Source of the DNA: Acanthaster planci
Taxonomy: Eukaryota
Assembly: GCF_001949145.1 (NCBI RefSeq)
Contig: NW_019091361.1
Coordinates: 3,683,854 to 3,704,964, forward strand
Length of the DNA: 21,111 nucleotides
Reading direction: 5' to 3'
Of this stretch, positions 11,701 through 19,281 are shown piece after piece; the first letter of the stretch is position 1; each line of letters opens with the position of its first letter. The notes beneath the pieces were generated by a model. The model saw only the letters and a program-made list of their open reading frames with translations. It was not told the origin of the DNA and searched no databases. A program made the position numbers and the translations under genes.

Positions 11701-14222
11701 AAGCAAGTATTTTCTCACTGTTTTCTCAAAGGATTCGTCGGAAGTATTTAAGTTTCGAATTAATTTAAATCGCAGTCGGAGGCTATTAATACCCCCATCT
11801 TTTTCCGAAATTTCAATTCACCCAGAATTAGGTCAGACAATTCCTTGGAAATACGTGGGTTGTTAGGCAATGCGTACTGGCTTTTAATTGGAGAACTTAT
11901 AACTATAGAGTCCCCGAGAAGAGCAATTGTAAAAAGGCCATAGCGTCAAGTAGAAAGTACAAGTCGGTCAGTAATGTGCTGTGATTACTACTCCTGCTCA
12001 TTGAGCTTATATTATGATATTCCAGGAATCACATCGCCTTTCTTGGAAGTGTATCGTTTTGTTTTCATAAAGGTTCGTACTACTCTGACATGGCGGGAGA
12101 AACAAAGAATTGTTTGTCACATGTTAGCGGCGAAATTCATCAATGTGGGAATACCGCTACTTTTGATTGTGTAAGGCCTACTTGCCAAGACATAGGGAAT
12201 TTACGTCTTCGTTTCTTTTTTTGTACCGATTGTAAATCAGCTTTAAGGAAGTTTCGTACTTCAAGCGAAGGTGAAAGCGTAGTGAATTTGATTTCCCAAA
12301 ACGTTTGTAGCGAAATTCGCTAGTGATGAAATGTGATAAACTGTTTGTCCGAATTCACAGCACGATTATCGTCACAACGTCGCGTTCATGCTTGCTTTCC
12401 CACCAGGTAGGAACCAGCTATTTAAGATATAAGCGCAACCTGCCTCCTGAAACTCAAACAAAAACGCATTTACACCTACTGTCGATGTCTGTAAAACCAG
12501 GCTGAATGCCAAATCGTAGTAACACACTACATGGCAATTGCAGAGATTCTTACTGTGCAACACCGCACGACACTCCTCTTTTTCGTTCGTTAACCCATGA
12601 CCTACCTCCATGGTTAACCTTACCAAACTTTCAATCTTCGACAAGATTATAGCTGCTATATCGTCCAAGGAGTACGCCCGGAGTATCTGTTCCATGATCA
12701 ACGACACCTACGTCACCTACCCATCTGGCCAGGATTACGACACGTTCAACGATCTTCCTGGGACCGCTTCACCGAATGGTAGAGTAAACAAAGCCACCCC
12801 GGGGCCAAACGTTAACCAAGCCGCTGACGGGGAAGCTTGGGACAAGATGTTCAGTGGGGACGTCATGGACGGTGACAGCAGCCACTTGAGCGTGTATACC
12901 GAGCAGGGAGACGCTGTGTCTCTGACTACATCAGTAGGAAAATAGTAAGTGCTAATGTCCGTATGGCTGTGGCTACCGAAGCTAAGCAACTGTGCAAACA
13001 TGGACCGCCACCCTCTTTGCTGCTTACTGGTAGCGCCCAACTTGGTATAGCAACTGATCCTAACGCAAGTATGATCACTACACTAGTTATTATCATTTTT
13101 TAAACATTACATTGCTGCTGTGATACTGGGGCTATAAATAATCTCAGACCCATTATGCTTTAACACTACTTCAATTTCCACCAGCTTTGGCGGCAGAATG
13201 TTATCCTACCAGACTGGACTCTTTCTCAACAACCACATGAGCAACTTCTATTACAACGGCCGGTCACCAAGGTGGGAAGCAAACAGGCTTGTCCCAGGCG
13301 CCCGTGCAATGTCTACCGTGAGCCCTGCCATCGTAGCTGATGAGAACGGAGTTTTGGGGATCTTGGGATCGTCGGGTGGTTCGAGAATTATGTCTACCAA
13401 TGCATGGGTGAGACAAGTTTATTCCGTATTGGACATTCTGTATGTCTTATATTGATATTCCATATTGGACATTCTGTATGTCTTATAATGATATTCCATA
13501 TTGGAGTGTAGATTGTGCAATTAACGGTTTCAGTTTTTTTAGGCTGTGGGAAACCCTGCTGGATTGTTTCTAATTATTCTTAATTTCAACAGCTTATTCT
13601 TCGTTCACTGTGGGGTAACAAGTCGTCCCTTTCCGAGATAATTGATTCTCCCAGAGTGTATGCCTTCCGAAGTCCCTGGAAAAGCACGATCTACTACGAA
13701 AAGGACTTCCCACAAGTTAGTGATAACTTACTATTCAGACATGGCCTTCTGTCGTCCACTTTGCTATCCCAAAATCTGATAACTACTTTCTATATTTGCT
13801 TTATCGAGTAGCTAATTTGTTACTAACATCGAACGCGTGAATCAGTTTTGTAACCTGGGAAAGTATATCATTATTCCTCCCCTCAAGTAAATTGGACCAT
13901 TCCCTATTTATTTTCGGTGCAATTTCATGGCTGTCACCTTATGCATGCAGTAGACCTACGCAAGTCTCTGGACCATTAGGAGTCGGAAGTGATAATTTAT
14001 GATGAAACCACAAGTAGCCACATAAGGTCCAGGAACCACCTCATAATGTACTTCACTGTGCCATGTTTTTCGTAGAACCTCGTTGAAGGACTGAAAGCCA
14101 TGGGCCACAACATGGAGTTAACCTCATCCTTCTCGGCGGCCCAGGGAATTCTCGTCGGGCCGGGGCAAGTTATTCAAGCTCACTCGGACAGACGTAAACG
14201 GGGCTTCGCCGCCGGCTACTAG
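5757..14222 (+). CDS. GGT: Gamma-glutamyltranspeptidase-like protein (glutathione hydrolase family, divergent active site), 11 exons: join(5757..5797,5934..6134,7613..7830,8690..8882,9931..10094,10945..11097,11566..11702,12646..12944,13185..13407,13593..13715,14076..14222), 632 aa
   Basis: Manual splicing gives 1899 nt with compatible phases and no internal stop. Collinear GGT motifs: AVATDIGLCSEMGR, GGSAVDA, SSGLGGGLF, SVPGE, GVLPW, GGIMTLEDL, YHYFIEA, SHLSV, TGLFLNN, ANRLVPG, GSSGGSRI and C-terminal SDRRKRGFAAGY*. N-terminal hydrophobic anchor ALALLLTVAVVVLALIV. Cys pair equivalent to human C50/C74 is retained. Confidence 0.93.
5934..6134 (+). CDS. GGT: GGT-like exon 2 (signal anchor/TM helix plus WYRRGAVATDIGLCSEMGR)
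   Basis: Hydrophobic helix preceded by basic residues; matches GGT1 YTRAAVAADAKQCSKIGR; donor CG|gtaagt at 6135. Confidence 0.9.
7051..7225 (+). mobile_element. Degenerate non-LTR retrotransposon (CR1/L2-type LINE) ORF2 C-terminal fragment in GGT intron 2
   Basis: With one frameshift and one stop it reads IEQVQRR(A)TRIILR*RRMEMPYLDRLKQLNWCSLQSRRDYLL, the post-RT 'E.VQRRAT...Y..RL..L.W.SL..RR' signature. Confidence 0.75.
7613..7830 (+). CDS. GGT: GGT-like exon 3
   Basis: Acceptor ttcaacag|G, donor G|gtataa. Translation NILITGGSAVDASITACLCLGVASPQSSGLGGGLFMVVHSKNGSTETIIATEAAPAASHFDMF... Confidence 0.95.
8690..8882 (+). CDS. GGT: GGT-like exon 4
   Basis: Acceptor caacag|GA, donor AG|gttggg. 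Translation ARAVSVPGELAGLWTAHQKYGVLPWRDLFAPVIDMAQNGYPI... Confidence 0.95.
9538..9836. mobile_element. hAT-superfamily MITE (299 bp) in GGT intron 4
   Basis: 16-bp TIRs cagcggcgtatccagc and reverse complement tagaggcgtatctagc; perfect 8-bp target-site duplication GGCGAGGG at 9530-9537 and 9837-9844. Confidence 0.88.
9931..10094 (+). CDS. GGT: GGT-like exon 5
   Basis: Acceptor ttccttcag|G, donor G|gtgaaa. Translation ELYTKPDGSLMKTGDIFTPPASLVQTLRAIADEGMSVLYGGEVGRKLVHDIQEQ. Confidence 0.93.
10945..11097 (+). CDS. GGT: GGT-like exon 6
   Basis: Acceptor cataaag|GT, donor G|gtatgc. Translation GGIMTLEDLTSYNVTLQAPVVLN...LLLVISILD. Confidence 0.92.
11566..11702 (+). CDS. GGT: GGT-like exon 7 (not in the ORF track)
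   Basis: Acceptor tcttgcag|AG. Translation CDLATLDFSSYEGKLKLYHYFIEACTFVTGLRLHNGDFSKAENDK matches GGT1 [23 protein letters not shown]. Probable GC donor AAA|gcaagt. Confidence 0.88.
12646..12944 (+). CDS. GGT: GGT-like exon 8 (autocleavage region; predicted small subunit starts SSHLSV at 12877)
   Basis: Translation IIAAISSKEYARSICSMIND...DGD/SSHLSVYTEQGDAVSLTTSVGK; donor TA|gtaagt at 12945. Confidence 0.92.
13185..13407 (+). CDS. GGT: GGT-like exon 9
   Basis: Acceptor ttccaccag|C completes TAC (Tyr). Translation FGGRMLSYQTGLFLNNHMSNF...ANRLVPGARAMSTVSP...GSSGGSRIMSTNAW; donor |gtgaga. Confidence 0.95.
13420..13505. repeat. 36-bp tandem repeat, ~2.4 copies, in GGT intron 9
   Basis: Unit tattccatattggacattctgtatgtcttatattga starts at 13420, 13456 and 13492. 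Confidence 0.9.
13593..13715 (+). CDS. GGT: GGT-like exon 10 (not in the ORF track)
   Basis: Acceptor tttcaacag|, donor |gttagt, 41 codons LILRSLWGNKSSLSEIIDSPRVYAFRSPWKSTIYYEKDFPQ; matches GGT1 AIIYNLWFG...VEEPRLH...ERNIDQ. Confidence 0.9.
14076..14222 (+). CDS. GGT: GGT-like exon 11 (terminal)
   Basis: Acceptor tttttcgtag|. Translation NLVEGLKAMGHNMELTSSFSAAQGILVGPGQVIQAHSDRRKRGFAAGY*; matches the GGT C-terminus SDSRKGGEPAGY. Confidence 0.95.
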   Translation, partial: NLVEGLKAMGHNMELTSSFSAAQGILVGPGQVIQAHSDRRKRGFAAGY

Positions 14223-14508
14223 CCAGTTCCTCTAGCCTCGGGAAAATGTCAAGAGCGTCTTCAGTTCGTGTTGATTTCTCTGCAACTATCATTGCTTGGC
14301 ATGTTACAAATATAGGCCTATGTGCTCTTTTCCACGTATTGCGTTTGGCTTTGCAAAATAGCGTTTAGTCATGATTCAACAGATCTGATACTAATACGAT
14401 AAAGATTCGATTCGATACGGCAATAGTTTGAATGGTTTTCAAATGCTTTCATCACTCTGTTTTTTTGAAATTCTGGGTAAAGTTCAGAGGAAGGTTTATT
14501 GAAAGGAC

Positions 14509-14514
14509 AATAAA
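14509..14514 (+). promoter_or_regulatory. Candidate polyadenylation signal of the GGT-like gene
   Basis: First AATAAA I found downstream of the stop codon (~290 nt). Confidence 0.4.
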
Positions 14515-14825
14515 TTCCTTACATTGAAAAGGATGTTGTAATCAAGCGAGGATGAGGGTTTTAGAAAAAGTTGATGTCATCTGAGTTGTTGGTTGTCGAT
14601 CACGTGCCATGGATTTATTCGCTACACTCAGCGGTGCGACCATTTGTTGAAGTGTGCCCCCCACTAACTGGTCCAAGCAAATATTGTCCAATTTAAACAT
14701 AACATGTCAACTGTGAGTGTGACGGAAGCACCACAACTAGGCTACAAGGTTTTAACGAGGGGACTCTTCGTCTCTGTTTTCAAGAAGCGTTCGAAAGTAT
14801 GTGGTGTTTGTTAAAAAAAACCACA

Positions 14826-14980
14826 CCCCCCTATTGTTCCTCTTTTGTTTGTACTTCAACTTTTTCAGAAGACCACCCACATGTTTTGTACACAGTTGTC
14901 AATCGGGGACCCTCTGTCAACCGGGGACCTTATTGTCCTCGATTGTTCAGGGTCCCCAATCGAATGCAGAAACAAACTCA
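14826..14980 (+). repeat. ~155-bp repeat, left arm of an inverted pair with 19128-19281
   Basis: Manual alignment gives ~18 differences in ~155 nt (~88% identity); internal GGGGACC/GGTCCCC motifs. Confidence 0.9.
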
Positions 14981-15202
14981 CACCCACCCACAGTTGATTC
15001 TCTGAGGCGTAATGGATCCGAAGTTTAAAGTAAAATCCGTATCAAGTCAATACGTAGTACACGTACCTCGTTTCACATCAGTATAATCAAAACGGAAAGG
15101 TGGGGATTATGAGGTGAAGAGTCTGTAAAAATCCACAGCGGAGGGTAAAACAATCATGGCTAAGTACATCAGAAACCCATTCCTCGCATCTGTTGTATCG
15201 AA

Positions 15203-15595
15203 TCATAATACAGGCAGTTTCACATCCAGGGTTAAATGTACTACACTGTACATATAATAAAAACTAGCTTGGTCGAAAATACCGCAGTTTTTGGAGACGG
15301 GGTTAAGCTCGTTGGTCATTTTGGGTTGTAAAAAGTGATGAATGAAGCTGGAAAAGAAGGACGGGTAACACGGTCTCATCGTATTTAGCGGAAATGGTAC
15401 ATGGTTGCTCTGGTTAATCGGGAAACGTTGAATTGGTGCAGATCCCCCTCCAAACAGTTTGCCAAACTTGTACAGGAATCGTTTTTCCTCGTGCTGGCCG
15501 ATTTCACATGTACCGCATGTTAACATGACTTTATAGCTACTAAAACTGATAACTGCAAGTCCCATGATTAGTGCACAAAAGCCGCTCTTCACCAT
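15203..15595 (-). CDS. Hypothetical 130-aa ORF with signal-peptide-like N-terminus
   Basis: MVKSGFCALIMGLAVISFSS N-terminus and an EEKR dibasic site. No recognisable homology; could be a chance ORF. Confidence 0.2.
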   Translation of the reverse strand: MVKSGFCALIMGLAVISFSSYKVMLTCGTCEIGQHEEKRFLYKFGKLFGGGSAPIQRFPINQSNHVPFPLNTMRPCYPSFFSSFIHHFLQPKMTNELNPVSKNCGIFDQASFYYMYSVVHLTLDVKLPVL

Positions 15596-15869
15596 GGATC
15601 AAAGTCACCCCATCGGCATCCGCGGCTTAGCTAGACAGTCATGTCTCAGATGAGTATGTTTTCGTAAACAAAAAGCACGTAATGTCAGCCACGAACACAC
15701 CAGGCTCTTGTCGGCGGTTCATCTGCCGCTGACATCGCTGGCAACTTCAGTAAACGGGCGTATTGTCCTCCACATACTTGGCTCGGGCCGTACCCAGAAA
15801 CTAAAAAGCCGAGGTATACAGCACGGAATCCGTGAAACAGTCTCGACGTCGCACGCATGTAGCCGCGCG

Positions 15870-15877
15870 TATATAAA
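15870..15877 (+). promoter_or_regulatory. TATA-like box in a CpG-rich patch
   Basis: TATATAAA directly after CpG-dense cgacgtcgcacgcatgtagccgcgcg; no downstream gene identified. Confidence 0.2.
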
Positions 15878-16774
15878 TTATTTTAACGGGATGTCGTTGA
15901 GTTTCAAGCACTAATAGTGCAACTGGCTGCTGCTGTGATCGAGAGCAGAGCTGTCGATCCCTTGAGGGCCCTTGTGGGTCTTTAAAGTAATTTATGGCAA
16001 GCTAGTTCCTTGTATAACTTTGCTGTGCTTTGCTGATTCGGGTACTTTTGTGCTCATTTTAGGGCCGAGCCCTCCACAATATCCTGTTTCTCTTTCTCTA
16101 GCGGCGCCACCTTCGTGTTATTAAACGTCGTATCCCAAACCTTGTCTTCAATCTGTTTCTTTGGCTTCTAGACAAATTCGTAGTTTCTGCTTACACGTAA
16201 TTATGATCCTACATTTTACGGCCAAATACAATTTTGAGCAATGGAAACAGCTCGACCAATGGTCAACAGCAATATCGTAGCGCGTTCGCACAATACGTGT
16301 CTACTCGGTAGGTCCAAGCTGATTCCACCATATTTACTAATACGACATCTCATTTTCGCTCCCATGTTGTCGTTTGTTACCACTCTAACTGCGTCCATTC
16401 TCTGCCATTTGGTGTAGTTATTACCTGGTCCATGCCGCGGATACTCTGTCTTTTCTTTTTATTTTATTTAAATACTTACAACCCTTATCAAAAGGAAGAG
16501 CTTTGCTTTGCATCCTTGGGAAGGTTGATCAACACGCAGAATCCGACCACTGTATAGTCAACAAACATAGCAACATACATGTGCATGTGCGTGCAGTGTA
16601 TGTACACGTGCACGATCGACCACGCACTCTCCACATGTACGTACATTTTGGGCATGAGAGTTACTTTTACTGTCAAAACAGTAAGCTAAATGTCTCGAAA
16701 TTGGAGATTTTGTCAGAAAAAACAGGCATATTTAAGGAGCTCCGAAGGAAAGGACATTGGACCATACCATTATC

Positions 16775-17184
16775 TAAGGGGTGATAGCAAGATGATATAT
16801 TCACGTAAGGTAAACTTCCAAAGTTTCATAAAGAAAGCTTAATTTTAAACCAGTCCAAATTCTCCTTTTGCGTGTTAGTTATGGGTATGTATCTATATAT
16901 TTAATGAGTTTAGGCTTACCGAAGGTGCGTTGGCAGTTTGTATGTTACTCGTCCATATAGACTCTTCCAACGGCTCAAATGCTATACGCACATTTTCCCT
17001 GTGCCTGTTCGTCATCTTTGGAAAAACATAAAATTTCTGTTTTCTCGAAAATGACAGCATTTAAAGACGGTAAGACTTTACAGATTGTCTGACATTATTG
17101 TGTACTGACTTTACAGTAAGATATTTCAAAGTAATTCGACAGTCGAGTTTTTGAGATCTTGCAAATGCTATACACTTCCTTTAA
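16775..17184. mobile_element. Possible degenerate Kolobok-like non-autonomous element
   Basis: Right end tgctatacacttcct|TTAA (YY terminus plus TTAA). Weak left match taaggggtgatagca to reverse-complement taaaggaagtgtatagca. Left boundary uncertain. Confidence 0.3.
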
Positions 17185-18000
17185 GAACGGATGCTGCAAA
17201 GGACAGTTGTTTTGAAATCATCACCATTTTCTCAAAGAGACAAAGTTCCCCCAAATCGTGATATTTTCCTCATTTTTTCAAAATCAAGTGGACTATGCGA
17301 TGCCTACAATTTGGTGTAATCATTTACCAAATCTACTCAGATCAGCCGAATCGCGATGGTCTTCAAGGGGTAAACTACAACTAAACCACAATTTTGGTTT
17401 TCACGAAGAGACAAATTTGTTTTCCGAAGATAATTAAAGTGTTTAGAGCGATAAAAAGCAAAACAATAGGGAAATTTCTTTTTGCCGTTTTCACGAAGAC
17501 ACAAAAAGTCACACGCATTTTAGCTTTTTCATGAACAGAAAAACGTGTTGTTTACAAAATAAACACTTTTAATTTACTTCTATTTGGTGTGGCTCCATGG
17601 GGGCTATGGGGGCTTTAGCAAATGCAAAAAGTAAAAAGAAGAAAAAAAAGAAAAAAGGTTGAAAATATTGGATTCGCAGTGGCGAAAGTTAATTAAAAAT
17701 GACGTCACGCGGGAAGAGTCTATTCCCTCCCAAAAAATGGCTGTAGAACTGTGCCTGACTGTTTTTTATTACTATTAATTGTAATTTAAGAGCCCTATTC
17801 CATGGTGTAGGATTAGTTAAGTCAAAGGAATGATAAATACTGGGGATATGAGCCTTTGAACAGGAGACCAACTTCAAATGCGATTTCATCGAAATTTACG
17901 TAATAACTCTCCGATGAGAATTTTGACTCTTTGTGACAACAGTGATGAAATGGTGAATAAAAATCATTCAATAGCCCTGTGACTGATGACGAATCATATA

Positions 18001-18319
18001 CAGTGTTTATACCGCAGTGCATGGTGGGATAGAATGGGTGATTCACGGCCGTCATATATCACGAGTAGGGAAAATGGCAGATGTAATCTGTAGATGTATT
18101 ACACCTGATCATAAAAAGTGAAAGGTGTAATCTCAATATTTACACTTACAGTTCTGGAAAGAAATTCCCCAGAGAAAGACGAAGGTCACACATACAAGAA
18201 ATAAAATCTGCCTTTCAGAGAAAAAGAAAACCGTGCTCTTTTGCTTAGTTAGCAGTTTGTGTAGCATTTATGAAGCGATGTCACCCATTCTATCACACCA
18301 TGCACCGCGGTAAACATTG
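18001..18319. mobile_element. MITE (319 bp) with ~41-bp TIRs
   Basis: cagtgtttataccgcagtgcatggtgggatagaatgggtga (18001-18041) versus reverse complement of 18281-18319 caatgtttaccgcggtgcatggtgtgatagaatgggtga: 3 mismatches and a 2-nt indel. Flanks share only tcata. Confidence 0.8.
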
Positions 18320-18385
18320 TCATACCTCAACAACATAAGGCTACTGGAAGGCTTTTTATACGCGTGTTCCGGACCATCGGCGCAT

Positions 18386-18848
18386 GGCCCATTGTGTCCG
18401 CAAACACTTTCCGGACAATTACGTCCGCCCCATTGTGTCCGGGGGCCCATTATGTCCGCCCCATTGTGTCCGCAGGCCCATAATGTCCGCCCCATTGTGT
18501 CCGCGGGCCCATTATGTCCGCCCCATTGTGTCCGCGGGCCCATTATGTCCGTCCCATTGCGTCCGCATGCCCATTATGTCCGCAAACTCTTTCNNNNNNN
18601 NNNNNNNNNNNNNNNNNNNNNNNNNNNNNNNNNNNNNNNNNNNNNNNNNNNNNNNNNNNNNNNNNNNNNNNNNNNNNNNNNNNNNNNNNNNNNNNNNNNN
18701 NNNNNNNNNNNNNNNNNNNNNNNNNNNNNNNNNNNNNNNNNNNNNNNNNNNNNNNNNNNNNNNNNNNNNNNNNNNNNNNNNNNNNNNNNNNNNNNNNNNN
18801 NNNNNNNNGTGTCCGCAGGCCCATTATGTCTGCCCCGTTGTGTCCGCA
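18386..18848. repeat. GC-rich 31-bp minisatellite interrupted by an assembly gap
   Basis: Unit cccattgtgtccgcgggcccattatgtccgc (two 14-nt subunits plus a 3-nt linker); about 5 copies before the gap, continuing after it. Confidence 0.92.
18594..18808. other. Assembly gap (215 N)
   Basis: Run of N flanked on both sides by the same minisatellite. Confidence 0.99.
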
Positions 18849-19127
18849 TGATGCGATTGTTAATTAATAAAGTCTCAGGTATTTTTCTTTTTTTCAAAAG
18901 CTTTCCTTTTTTTAAATTCCTTGCAGGTATTTAAATGTATGCTGTTATTCTTCCACAACGGCTCCGTGTTGGGTTATGTTCCTAATGAAAAATGAAACAA
19001 TGAAAAAAAGTTTATTCTGGGCCAAAATAATTCTGTGCGGATTACTTTGTGCACAATTCCTTGTAATGGGTTTCATGTAGATAGTAATGCAATTCATGAG
19101 AAAAAGCTTTACTTTTATGAGTAACCA

Positions 19128-19281
19128 TGAGTTTGTTTTTGCATTCAAATGGGGACCCTGAACAATAGAGGACAATAAGGTCCCCGATTCACATAGGGTC
19201 CCCGAATAAAAATTGTGCACAAAACATATGGGTGGTCTTTTAAAAGAGTTGAAGTAAAACAAAAGAGGAACAATAGGGGGT
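19128..19281 (-). repeat. ~155-bp repeat, right (inverted) arm matching 14826-14980
   Basis: Reverse complement reads accccctattgttcctcttttgttttacttcaactc...cagggtccccatttgaatgcaaaaacaaactca and matches the left copy. Confidence 0.9.

Noticed and set aside
12943..12945. Apparent premature TAG after SVGK suggesting a GGT pseudogene
   Set aside because: TA|gtaagt is a splice donor; joining to C at 13185 makes TAC (Tyr) and the frame continues.
12372..13040. Two minus-strand ORFs (111 and 101 aa)
   Set aside because: Antisense shadows of GGT exon 8 with no independent coding signal.
15067..15122. Minus-strand mini-exon with good splice sites (tttttacag| ... gag|gtacgt)
   Set aside because: All three frames contain stops and no partner exon is evident.
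18386..18848. CRISPR-like appearance of regularly spaced repeats
   Set aside because: No unique spacers, no cas genes and a eukaryotic context; it is a tandem repeat.
18268..18934. Several long ORFs (up to 205 aa) rich in Pro/Cys
   Set aside because: They are translations of the 31-bp minisatellite plus the N gap.
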